Source: Podarcis liolepis | Lineage: Eukaryota | Assembly (NCBI GenBank): GCA_965112155.1 | Contig: OZ218105.1 | Direction: 5' to 3' (one strand) | DNA: 64,000 nt | Part shown: positions 12,601 to 23,213 of the stretch, in pieces | How positions within the stretch are numbered: the stretch's first letter is position 1 | How the letters are laid out: each line of letters begins with the position of its first letter | Made by a program: the position numbers and the translations under genes | Notes under the pieces: model-generated | The model's input: only the letters and a program-made list of their open reading frames with translations | What the model was told of the DNA's origin: nothing | The model's database searches: none

Positions 12601-13687
12601 CATCAGCAAGATAGATTGAGTCTTTTCCATCAGCTGGCTTCTCCTTAAAGTCCTCCCGACGGTTGCAGATAACCCTGCTGCTCCCAGAGTCCAGCAGCCA
12701 TGTTCCTCGAGGTATCTTCCTCTCCTCCCGAGAAAATGCAGGCACAAACTAAGCAGAACGCGTGTTCTTCTTCCCTGAAGAGAACCCCTTCTGCTTACGT
12801 TTCTGTGTCGATTGCTGTCTCTGCTCCATGTCGTCTCCTGGAAGTCTTGCCCTGCATTGACATTGGAGATGCCCGGGTTGGTTGCATCTATAGCACCTCC
12901 TCACCGCCATGGCCAAGTCCAAACCTTGGCGTTGCTCCATTGGCAGATTCTGCTGCTGGCCCCCTCAGCTGTAACTCCTCCGTTCTTGGAGTTCAGCCTG
13001 TCTATCTGACCTTCTTTCTGCTTCTTCGGTCAATCTTCCAACCACATACTCAAGGGTCAGATCTCGGGGACGCATACTCTCCATGCTGTTAATTACGGGC
13101 AACCAGCTTTCAGGCAAACTTGAAAGGATAATGTATGTTTGGTCAGTCTCATCATAACGCTTACCTCTCTGCTGTAGTTGAAGAAACAGAGATTTCAGCA
13201 TTTGAAGATGAGTTGCCAAACTCTCACCTTCCTTCATAACAGTCCTGAACAGCCTTCTGGTCAGAGAAATGATAGTTCCAGCAGTTTCTCTGACATGCAT
13301 TGCCCTTAATAAATTCCAGCACTCAAACGCTGTGCTGGCATTTGCTACATGCAATAACTGAGAGTTGCTCAAACACAGCATAATTTGGGCACGAGCCCTT
13401 TCATCTAGCCGGTTTTTCTCAGCAGAGTCAGTTCTCAAAACCTCAGTTTCAACACAGTCCCATAGTCAATCTCTCCTTAACAACTGTTGCATTTTAATTG
13501 ACCAACTCAGCCAGTTGCTCTCTGAGAGAAGTTCAAAAGGGATGCTTCCCCCAATATTTACAACTTGGTGTAGCCGCTCTGTGAGTCGCCTACTGTGGTC
13601 CTCTAGTAGTTCAAACTGTTCCAGTAGCCGACGCCGAGTGCTTTCCTGATCCTCAGATCCTAGCTGCTCCAGCGTCGCTGCAGACAG
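9633..13687 (-). pseudogene. Disrupted copia gag-pol polyprotein (gag, CCHC knuckle, protease, integrase, RT, RNase H)
   Basis: gag LSESNWLSWSIKMQQLL..LWDCV; knuckle CYRCNQPGHLQCQC; protease WLLDSG; integrase HRKLGH...CKVC, LVHCD, TDRGGEF, NGLCER; RT KWVYKRK, ARLVARGF, LKQSGRCW, FVDD; RNase H DADWG...EAEY...ADLFTKPL. In-frame stops at 13466-13468, 12965-12967, 12749-12751 and 9843-9845; frameshift at ~10600. True start not located. Confidence 0.93.
10589..12745 (-). CDS. Longest open segment of copia pol (protease-integrase-RT N-terminal part, 718 aa)
   Basis: ORF track. DSG protease, HHCC and DDE integrase, and copia-type RT motifs. Confidence 0.75.
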   Translation of the reverse strand: MPAFSREERKIPRGTWLLDSGSSRVICNRREDFKEKPADGKDSIYLADGRRSKIDGQGTCFLQCLNTTLPETLFVSSLDYCLLSVSCLINAGNSVNFTPDGCLIKNGTQVCGHAKLENGLYVMQDKPVKAAQVVQDNLPVHKGCVHELHRKLGHANFRVLSEMQKVCKNLKVNSCNCFLDCKVCKMAKSKRKPVASKSDRVSKEVLELVHCDVIGPFPQKTEGGARYAFLVIDDKSRFSWLFLLKQKSECFPTFTEWVAQAERLFARRVVQLQTDRGGEFLNKQFGTWLQRKGITHRLTNPYSPAENGLCERRGAVIQSVKDCLLVDAGLGHNHRLWGEAFLTANFLINRTWSSSIKDIPYRVLFGKEPEWTMLHNWGAWAHVNIPKAQRQKGGARAQKLWFVGYQSYGKGWRFNLRPGRVVLSRSADFADQDRWTAVHANPDCLLPLQVREEACSQPLATQEQDEEEAQISPKDVAKDNTSLEEEEEEPEIRGEEEVVVPRRSQRSNKGVPPQRLTLGGVRVCNVSCVEPQSYNEVLDLPPGERALWEQAMKEEMDSFKRTKVFEVIMPPPGGRMVSCKWVYKRKTLASGEPRFQARLVARGFTQIKGESYDEVFSPTVKSETFRLMLSIAAVRQLAVHDFDVDAAYLHANLDHEVLMRQPPGFEEENGAVWHLKKAVYDLKQSGRCWNQCLNEALVKLGFKRSMADPCLYTKATNI

Positions 13688-13806
13688 TTACAGCTTGCCA
13701 CCAACTGCTCCAACGCACAGCCACTGGCTCCATACACCACCAGGACTCACCAGCTCCCTGCTGAGATGCTGTCAGTCGTTTTGCACTCTGCACATGCTCA
13801 GAAACA

Positions 13807-13820
13807 CTGGGCCCATAACC
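13807..13820 (-). other. Primer-binding site GGTTATGGGCCCAG (internal tRNA-iMet, half-tRNA type)
   Basis: Immediately follows the 5' LTR on the minus strand and matches the PBS type known from Drosophila copia. Confidence 0.85.
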
Positions 13821-14128
13821 TGTCAGTGTTTGTAAAAAGCAAAAAAAGAAGGAAAGGGTTCTGACCTCCCTTTGTCTCCTCAGCCTGGTCCTCGGACCCT
13901 TGTCGGCATAAGAGTCCACGAGAAAAGTCCTTGCAGAGTTTTATTCTTAAAAGTCTTTGTGCAAAAGCGACTGAACAACTATACACACCAACACTAACCA
14001 ACCAACCCAAACACCAGCAACCAAACTAACATTTCTCACTCTATATATACAACTTGGTGCAGGCTGCTGAGTCATGCTGACCCAGCTTTATTCGCATTAA
14101 AGAAACAGCGGCCATTTTAGCCGTGACA
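13821..14128 (-). repeat. 5' LTR of the copia element
   Basis: 308-bp direct repeat of 9258-9565, followed by the PBS. Confidence 0.95.
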
Positions 14129-14319
14129 TGGTATACTTCTATATTCCATTCAAATAGGGGAAAAGCAGGCTTGCCAAGTTGTGAGAAACATTGTTTTCAA
14201 AAGAAGATTTGCTTCAGGTTATTGTTGTACTTTTTTGTAATTCTAAAGCTGATACACTCTCTTATGTCATGAATGCTTTCCCAGGCCTGTACAAATTCTG
14301 TTCCAGCTCTTCAGTTTTC

Positions 14320-14425
14320 TCAGGGATAGCTAACATGGTGCTCTCCGGATGTTGCTGAACTCCAAATACCAACAAACCCATACTGGCTGGAGCTGATGGG
14401 AGTTGTAGTCCAACAATAGCTGACT
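14320..14425. mobile_element. Degenerate hAT MITE fragment (URR1-like)
   Basis: GATGTTGCTGAACT...TGGGAGTTGTAGTCCAACA core shared with copies at ~20062, 45900 and 50975. Confidence 0.55.
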
Positions 14426-16275
14426 AAACCTGTCTTAAGACGACATTTCTTGGATGGCTCTTTCTATGACTGGCTTTGGAGCATCTGTGAAATGAGGAGA
14501 GAAGGTGGTTGCTGCTGGGTATCCCTTTAAGTCTAGATGGAATTTGTATCTTATCTGTGGTGTAAACATCACCATTGTTGCTGTTAATAATAGCAACCAT
14601 AACAATATATTTGATTTATTATATGTTCTTTACCCTAAGGTCCCAGGGTGGGTCACATCAATTTAAAACAAAAGAAAAATAGTTTCAAACAAATTATGGT
14701 TACAAAAATAGGACAAGCCCTAAAAGGACTCATTCCAAGTGTCAGAGGTCAGAGTAAAAAGGTATTTCTTCAGCATATGATGAAGGTGCCAAGTGCAACT
14801 CAGGGAAGACAATTACCTCTCCCAAATCATCACCATCACCCTGAGCTTCTGAAGGCAATGGTACTATCAATTATATTTTAATAATTGAAAGATCGCAGTA
14901 TTGCGACAAATATGAAAAATCCAGTTTCCAGCAGCATAAAATAGAACTTGCTGATGACATCAGCAAACATGTCCCTGATGTACTCAGTATGAAGAAGGCT
15001 GATCCCTACAATCAGTATGAAGAAATTGCTTTATCTGAGCCCTTGTTTACAGGCCAAGCAACTACAAAGCTTATAAAACTAGAGAGAGAAGTGGTTCCAT
15101 CTCTTGCAGTATACAAATGCTACCTTGTCCCACAACACATTTCCAGGTCCTTACAAACCACAAAACACACAAGGGCAATAAGAATAGCAATGGCTTTTAG
15201 AACATCACATCAACTTGCTGAATTTGCTATAGCAAAGTTTCAATAACTTCCTAATGGAAACAAAGCAGTCAATTAAAGCTTACCCCATAATGTCTCAGAG
15301 CTAAAGTGCTGACTAAAAAACAAAAACCAAGAGTCATTACTTTGGGTTTGCGGTACAGAAGTTTATATTTGAACACAGCTGCATCTCAGTCAGCCAGTTC
15401 CCATGACAGCCCCTCCAAGCTGTATTGATTTCCAAAGGAAAAGGCACCATAAATCTACTTCAGCTGAATTGCATCATTTTCGAGGTTGGCTTTAGAAGGC
15501 AAATTAAATGTCTTCCGCTAGAAACAGCAAAACAGATACACAGAGCTCTGTTTTCATTTCTTTTGGAGTCTCCCCTTACAAAATACTATGTGGCAAACCC
15601 CTCATGTTTAATATCCATAAAGACAGCAAATCCAGACTTGTGAGGAAACATCTCTTCTAGGCCTGTGATTTTTTTGGAGTGGGGAGGAAAGGGGGGCAGG
15701 CAGATGTTTGTTTCAATACTAATGTTGATTTCTGAACGTTTTATTTAAATCATGGAGGGAATTGAAGCAAAAGCCAGCACTCACACTGGGGAATGAAACA
15801 TCACAAACATCTAAGAAGCTCTGTGCCATAATAAAGAGTGAAGCACAGCGCTGAGCAGCAAGTGAGCAGAATATTACTTTGGGTAACGAGTGAGGTATCC
15901 TTGTTCAATTATTCATACAATCTGCAACAGTTAAACTTGCTTCAGTGAGGAGAAATAAAGTAGGACAAACATCACCTTGACAACTTTAAAGAGAACCTTC
16001 CATTTTCCTTGAACATATTGCAATGGTAGTATTTCAAATATGTCCTATTAGTACCTTCATTCCACCCACATTTTAGGGGAAGGAGAAGCAACACACCAAT
16101 GTACTGCAAAGAAGAAGCGCATCCAAGACAAGTGCTCCATCCTGTATCTCCTACTATTCCACACACACACACACACACACACACACATTTATATTGCTTT
16201 TCAGCCCTGCAAACCAATATATCTAGGGGAAAAAAACCTAACTTCCAAAATGTGTTGACTAGCACTGAGATTTAT

Positions 16276-16579
16276 GGGATGCGGGTGGTGCTGTGGGTTA
16301 AACCACAGAGCCTAGGACTTGCCGATCGGAAGGTCGGCGGTTCGAATCCCTGCGACGGGGTGAGCTCCCGTTGTTTGGTCCCAGCTCCTGTCAACCTAGC
16401 AGTTCGAAAGCACCTCACAGTGCAAGTAGATAAATAGGGACCGCTCTCCAGCGGGAAGGTAAATGGCGTTTCCGTGTGCTGCAGACAAGCGCCGGCTCCT
16501 GGCCTCTTGAGCGAGATGAGCGCGCAACCCTAGAGTCGGTCACGACTGGACCTTGATGGTCAGGGATACCTTTACCTTT
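16276..16579 (+). mobile_element. Sauria SINE (Squam1)
   Basis: tRNA-like head with B box GGTTCGAATCC, body motif GTGCAAGTAGATAAATAGG, (ACCTTT)n tail, TSD AGCACTGAGATTTA (16261-16274 / 16580-16593). Confidence 0.92.
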
Positions 16580-17957
16580 AGCACTGAGATTTAGTTTTAA
16601 TTTTTGTTTCTTAATCAATAAAAAATAAAGCTAAATCTTCAATCATGTATTAAGAACCAAAGAGAGTAAGTATATATTCACTGCCTCCCTAAATACAATC
16701 ATGGACACGGCTTGTCTCATCACTTCCTAGCAGGGAATTCCACAACATGGGTGCTGCTACAGAAAAGGCTCTGTCTCACATTGAGCTGCCATTAAATTTT
16801 CTACTTTCATAGCAGCCTAAAGCACCATCTTAAGTACATTGACTAAAGAGTTTAGTTCACTGAAATCAGTGGAATTAATTTCTGAGTTGAGATGTAAATT
16901 GTGTTGGATATTAAATAATTTTAACTTTTCATAAGGAAAATGTACTTTCCATTTTCTACCAAGTTTGACAAAATCATTCCATTCTTATTTTATTTTAGGT
17001 TCTATTTAGATATCGGTACAATTAAAAAGAGAATCCAAGGTAACATTCCTCCAGCTTCTTGGTGCCAGAGGAAACTTGTAGTGTAGTGTAATCATGTATT
17101 GTAGTGTAATCATGTATTGTGGACATTGTTTCTGCTATGCCCTTCCAGTGATGCAGTTATTAAAATAGCTCCACCAATCTCTTGATGGTTCACACCTTTT
17201 CTTGTGCCCTGTTCAAGAGTGTTTAGCAGAAACCAACAAAACCTCAATGCAAACTTCTAAAGACGGCTGGCAGGGTGAAAACTAAACAACATCGGGAAAA
17301 GATGATGAAGGGCTTCAGCACACTTCCAAAGCTGCTGTTTATTCTTTTGATCAAGAGAAGTGTCTAATATTACTTGCATTTCTCAGTATAAGAAATCTAG
17401 TCCTGATTACCTACTGCCTGAATGATAAACACCCCACAGTTTTAAGAACAGCTAAGCACAAAGCTGCCTTTCGCTATTCAAAGGATATTTTTAATTGATG
17501 ACGCTTCTTTTGAAAGAGCTCCATTCAGAAGAGTGAAACTTATTTATTCAATTATTCATTTTCTAAGTGCTAAGTTGGCAACAGCCTTTTAAAATAGCCT
17601 GCATTTAACTTTGATGAACTGTGTTACTGTGGGTCACTCCAATTGTTCCTAGTGCCAGTCAAATAAATGTGTCAGGCTGCAAGCCAAAGTGTTACAAAAT
17701 TGGCTTTGATACAAGTGCTTCCTCTCTGTATGTTGTTGGTAGACCAAGTCAGTCAGTGGACCAATATGTAGCTGAATGAACTGAACAGCTGAGTTCCACC
17801 AGAGTGAATGACTCCACGGCGAAGGATGAGCTGAGCATTAGAAGCCCGTGAAAGCACACAGGTAGACAGGTTCCCATTCATGTTTCTACTTCCTCAAGAC
17901 AAAGCAGAAATGATACACAAATGCATGGAGCAGTTGCTTTTACTGCCTATTTCACTA

Positions 17958-18202
17958 CAGTGGTACCTTGGGTTACAAACACCTTGGGTTACAAACACTT
18001 CGGGTTACAGACTCCGCTAACCTGGAAGTAGTACCTCGGGTTAAGAACTTTACCTCGGGATGAGAACTGAAATAGCGCCGGTGGCGCAGTGGCAGCGGGA
18101 GACCCCATTAGCTAAAGTGGTACCTCAGGTTAAGAACGGTTTCAGGTTAAGAACGGATCTCTGGAATGAATTACGGTAAGTTTGTAACCAGAAGTACCAC
18201 TG
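17958..18202 (+). mobile_element. Tc1/mariner MITE, family A
   Basis: CAGTGGTACC...GTACCACTG TIRs, TA TSD, collinear with 5403-5625. Confidence 0.88.
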
Positions 18203-19924
18203 TATTTCGGAGAACTATAAAGCCAGCTTGAAGCCTTTGGTTGTAATAAACTTTAAGGCAATGAGAATCAACTTTTGCAGTAGCTTTCTATTCTTGGGGA
18301 CAATTAATAAGCTTCAGGAAACCCCAATGTGAAAACCACTACTTCAAGGGAATGATGAACTCCACTCCCCCCATATAATTACTAAAGTCTGGGAGGAGGA
18401 GCAGAAAAGTAATTGCACAAAACCAGTCCTGTTCCTTCCACCCTTCACCTTTAACTGGTCCTATGAGCTGAATGCAGTTTAATCAGCCAAGATTCTCCAC
18501 ATATTTTGAAAGTCCTTCCAAGGTAAATAAACTCATACCATATTAGGATGAAAAATTAAGATAGCTGAAGCAAGCAAAGAGATGGTACACAGAAATTCCA
18601 TACCAGGGGAAGAACTGAATGCTGCACTCTACCAATCATTTTGTCAGAATAAATGTATAATAAGCATCTCACCAGCTAGTGTGTTTTCAGAATTTTTGTT
18701 ATGCTCGTCTGGACCACAGATAGTTTTTTGATGTAAGGTGGTGTTTCAGATTTGAAATTTTTTTTTTTTTGGTGGTGGTGGGGGTTGTTAGTAGCTCTCA
18801 AAGGCCAAAGTCCTCTACAAGCACTTTCAGGATATTTTTTGCAGCGCCTAGAGCAAGTAACAGCGGAAGATAGTCAGGTTGGTGGGTCCACAGTCTCGGA
18901 AGCCACATTTTTGTAAAGGCAGAACATTTATCCAAGCACTTGTCAAAGTAGCTGTCAAAACAACTTGCATTGACAAGAAAATATATGTTAAACGCCCTAC
19001 AAATTAATGAGTACAACTTGAGGTGTTAGGAAATTCTTTGGACTGATTTTCAATAGTAAATATTACCTCTGAGTGGAAGACTAAGGACAATGATGCTGAT
19101 TATTTAATTTACCGTAGTTTCTAAAAATTCACAACTCACTATGAATAGGTTTTTTAAAAAAAGTGGGCTGAATAAACATATGATTCATTTTTATAGTATC
19201 ATACAAATATCAGACACAAAGACCTAGTTTATCAGTGTAACTGGCTTATCATTTTCAAAAGAAGGAGGGATACAATGCAAAATAAATAAATAAATAAAAA
19301 TCCAGAAGAGTGATACCTATTCAATAGGAAGAACAACCTACCCAGTATTATATCCCTTTAAGTCCAACTGATTAAATGGAAGTGTAAAGCAGATGCATCA
19401 ACAACAGTCTTGTATACAAGCACATAATATTTAGCTAAAAATGCAATCAAGTTGTTTGTCTCAAGAACTACTAAAGTGTTACAGAATCTCTTTTCACAAG
19501 CAAGGGAACAAGTGCTGAATAAGCTATTGACAACTTCCTACAGCCTTGTGCCAAGAGAAAGGAGCTATTGATGGATATGTGCCTTTACCACAAAATGCAG
19601 AATGCAGCTGCTGCGTGAGGGAAGTTACTAAGATACATGAACCACAGTAATTTCAAGCTAGAATAGCTTTTTTCAAAATTGTGGTTTGGTAATTTTTGCA
19701 GTCAAAACTAAGCTCTCTTTTAAATAAACAGCTCTAGCCCTAAGGATTGCACCTCTACAGACTGTCAGAAAACCAAGTCACATTCACAGTGATAAGTGCT
19801 TACAGGCCATATTCTGTTCAGCTAAAACAGAATAAGCAACAGCATCTCACCACTTACATAAAGATAAATGGCATTAGAAACTTCTCTGCACACTTGAAAG
19901 AGAGCATGCACCTTACTTCAGTAT

Positions 19925-20055
19925 TCACAGCCCACCTGCAAACATGCTTGGAAGAAGTGGATTATCTAAACCCATTTCAATCTGATTTCAGGCCCAGATA
20001 TGGAACCAAAACTACTTTGGCCACTCTGGTTGATGACCATTGTCAGTAGAGAGGG
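19925..20055 (+). mobile_element. Old L2 RT fragment
   Basis: Translation LEEVDYLNPFQSDFRPRYGTKTTLATLVDD is homologous to the L2 at 32.7 kb (LDPFQSGFRPHHGTETALVALVDD). Confidence 0.75.
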
Positions 20056-20061
20056 CATAAA

Positions 20062-20175
20062 TCAGAGTTTCTCAAACTTGGGTCTCCAGCTCTTTTTTAG
20101 ATGACAACTTTCATCATCCCTAGCCAGCAGGACCAGTGGTCACGGATGATTGGGACTGTAGCCCAAAAACAGCTT
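20062..20175. mobile_element. hAT MITE fragment (URR1-like)
   Basis: CAGAGTTTCTCAAAC terminus and CATCATCCCT...GATGATTGGGACTGTAG internal hairpin. Confidence 0.6.
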
Positions 20176-20279
20176 TTAAAATGTCCATTTTAAACAAAGT
20201 CATTCACAGAATATGGAGTTGTTTATAGTGAAGAATTTGAACTCTCCTTGTGAAGTAATTTCAAGAATCAATGTTTACT

Positions 20280-20417
20280 GGGTCACCTTGGGTCTCTTAA
20301 CCCAACCTATTCTTAACCTAATCTACTCTCAACATAGTTGTGGGAATTAAATGAGGAGGGGGAAGAACTATATATGCCACCCTGAGCTCCTTGGAGGAAA
20401 GGTACAATATAAATGTA
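20280..20417 (+). mobile_element. Old MIR/Squam3-like SINE 3' portion
   Basis: GGGTCACCTTGGG...GCCACCCTGAGCTCCTTGGAGGAAAGG...ATATAAAT tail similar to 57787-58000. Confidence 0.5.
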
Positions 20418-20536
20418 CAAGTGAAAGTAAGCAGAGTAATTCACTTGTCCTCTTACTCCCATATAACCTCTGAAGACCTGGCATTTCAAACTGAAGACAA
20501 ATGATAAACTAGTGCATGCTTAAGCAATAACACACA

Positions 20537-20569
<33 letters not shown>
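20537..20569. repeat. (CTA)n microsatellite
   Basis: Directly visible. Confidence 0.95.
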
Positions 20570-20571
<2 letters not shown>

Positions 20572-22115
20572 ACCTAAAAAGTGAGATCTTCCTTATGAGG
20601 CCCAAGGCAGATGTAACATTTTCTGATCTCCTGTTAAGACCCTGGGTGAAATAAACACATGGGTGCTGTTCTGTCCCTTCCAGGTGCCATCCCTGTATGA
20701 AACACACACACACACACACACACACACAAATTTTAAAAGTTATTTGCAGAAAATGTGTTTAAACTCGTAAGAGTTAGTGTTAACTGTGGTTTGCAAACCA
20801 CTTTGAACTCTGTCTAAAGCTGAAGATGGTTAGCGTTATTCTCAATACTGGTATTTTAGAACTTCAGCAAACAAAATGACAAAATGTACTGCACTATGTA
20901 CAGTGATGTGAGAACTGTCAGATCTGTCACATCCAGGGCACGTTGTGTCCCTTTGGGTTGCAGATTAGGTTCACTGCTCCCCAAAAGAAAGTGTGGGTAA
21001 GCCACATACTACCACAAACGAACACTCCCCAAACATACTATGTGTGTCACTATCCTGGGAATCTATGCAGCACAGGGCAGACTAAAGCCTGTTTGGCCAT
21101 GCCAGGTAAGCTGCAATCCTGGGCTCAGAATATACATGGACCTTTTCTATTTGGGATTATCAGGGCGAGATCTTCCACACATACAAACATACATATTTTT
21201 TCAGCAAGAATGTGTAAATCCATACTTTTAGGTTGAATTTTAGCGGTTCTTATTTTTATCTGTATGCCACCTTGAGTCCTGCCATAGGTAAATCAAATTG
21301 ATACCACAGAACTCTGCAAGATCCTCTTTACATGCCTATTAAATGTAACAGTCTCTTCTTTTTAGCTTCTAACACAAAAACTCCGATTTATTCTGAGTAG
21401 GCTAATCAGCCCCATGTTTCAGTCTGGAAATTCAATAATCCACAACTGTTGAGCCTATTGCCCTAATCTTGTCATTTTAGGATATCAGTTCTGTTTATAT
21501 TAGATACAGTTTGCTCATCTGACATCGCCTGACCTCTCTTTACTCTTGTTGATTACATTCCAGTGCCTGTGAAAGTATACAGTACTATGTTCTCAAAACA
21601 AGCCAAGGTTAGTTTGGGACAAATTTATGAAGCTGGGTTGACTAACATTCCCTGAAGAGCCACTACATGTATTCAAATCTATGAAACAATGTTTTAATCC
21701 ATTGCTCAGTCTTAAAGATGATAAGCAATGCCAATTTTGATACTTAACAGGAACATACAGAAGCTACTGATATAGCACTTTAACACTATAAACAGAATTA
21801 ACATACTAATGAAAGAGAAAGAATTATGCCAATTTTAACCGACTAGACAGCTACAGGGTTCTGTAACTCTTCAGTTGAAGCATGACAGTCTCTTCCAAAA
21901 GAGCACCTTCTGCTCTGCAACTGAACTAGGAAAGATAGTTCTATTCTTGGAACAAGAGAAGTGATTTGACAAAACAGAAAAGGTGTGGGAGATCCTGGCC
22001 TTGCATCTAATTGGAAACAGAAGATCTTTGCCAGTGGACATTATGACAAAGAGAATCAGTCTGTAAAAAGCATACTCTCAATTCAAGGAGACAGGCAGGC
22101 TGAGTCACTATTTTT

Positions 22116-22117
<2 letters not shown>

Positions 22118-22157
<40 letters not shown>
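22118..22157. repeat. (CA)n microsatellite
   Basis: Directly visible. Confidence 0.95.
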
Positions 22158-22159
<2 letters not shown>

Positions 22160-22809
22160 AACAGGAATAACTGAAGCCCAAATGAGGTTGCAACAGGAAA
22201 CCTAAAAAAGTTATCGTACCCCATATAATCTGAGAAGTACATTTCTGTTTAAGGAACTAAATAGAATCAAACAAGTTCCACAGTGGCATTAAGACACCAA
22301 ACAAACACTTTTGCCACTCCCACACCAAGCCACCTGCATAAAATCAATGATAACATTCAGAAATGAAAAATGCAGAAGACAAACTATGCAACAAGTCACC
22401 CATACTACATAAAATGAATTAGGTATAAAATCTGTTTATACATAACATGTGCCTTAATAGACCTCTTCAGCATAGTGCTGGGGAACCTGTGGGCCCCTAA
22501 ACATTGCTGGACTACAACGAGGGCCAGGCTAAGGCCTGAGGAGCCCCTAAGCTATGTCAAACTTTAAGAAGCCCCACAGCATTAACAGAAATGTGTATCA
22601 CTTTAACAGAAAGGACAAATAAAATTGAAATCATCATACATAGGCAAGGATTCAGCTAAAAAATAATCATTTAACCAACACATACATCTTGCAATAAGCC
22701 TATATGCATATGAAATATTTTAAAATTAAAATACCTTATGACTTCTTATATACAAACTTTTAATGTACACCAACACAAGAGTCATTACTCGTACAGTTTA
22801 TTTCAAGTA

Positions 22810-23213
22810 CAGTGGTACTTCGGGATATATACGCTTCAGGTTACAGACTCGGCTGACCCAGAAATAGCACCTCGGGTTAAGAACTTTGCTTCCGGATGGG
22901 AACAGAAATTGTGCTCCGGCGGCACAGCAGCAGCAGGAGGCCCCATTAGCCTAAAGTGCTACCTCAGATTAAGAACAGTTTCAGGTTAAGAACGGACCTC
23001 CAGAACGAATTTCAAGCATCTCGGAAGCCGAACATTTTTGAACCTAAACGCCAAAAACCCAGAAGTAATTGCTTCCATTTTCAAACGCTCCTCAGAAGTC
23101 GAACGGCTTCTGCTGCGTTTTCTTCAACCCCCCTCTGTGCCTTGGTTGTCGAATGTTTTGGAAGTTGAACTGTCTTCCGGAACGGATTACGTTCGACAAC
23201 CGAGGTACCACTG
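22810..23213 (+). mobile_element. Chimeric Tc1/mariner MITE (family A left part joined to the right part of a related family)
   Basis: Matches family A to ~23011, then different sequence ending CAACCGAGGTACCACTG. Confidence 0.75.

Larger units (their letters stand above)
9258..14128 (-). mobile_element. Full-length Ty1/copia LTR retrotransposon
   Basis: Two 308-bp direct LTRs (TG...CA), 5-bp TSD TGGTA (9253-9257 and 14129-14133), PBS and PPT present, domain order gag-PR-IN-RT-RNaseH. Confidence 0.97.

Noticed and set aside
17083-17120. 18-bp tandem duplication GTAGTGTAATCATGTATT
   Set aside because: Ordinary slippage duplication.
21534-21567. Possible minus-strand micro-exon (TTTCACAG| ... 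AG|GTCAGG)
   Set aside because: The donor is weak and there is no supporting evidence.
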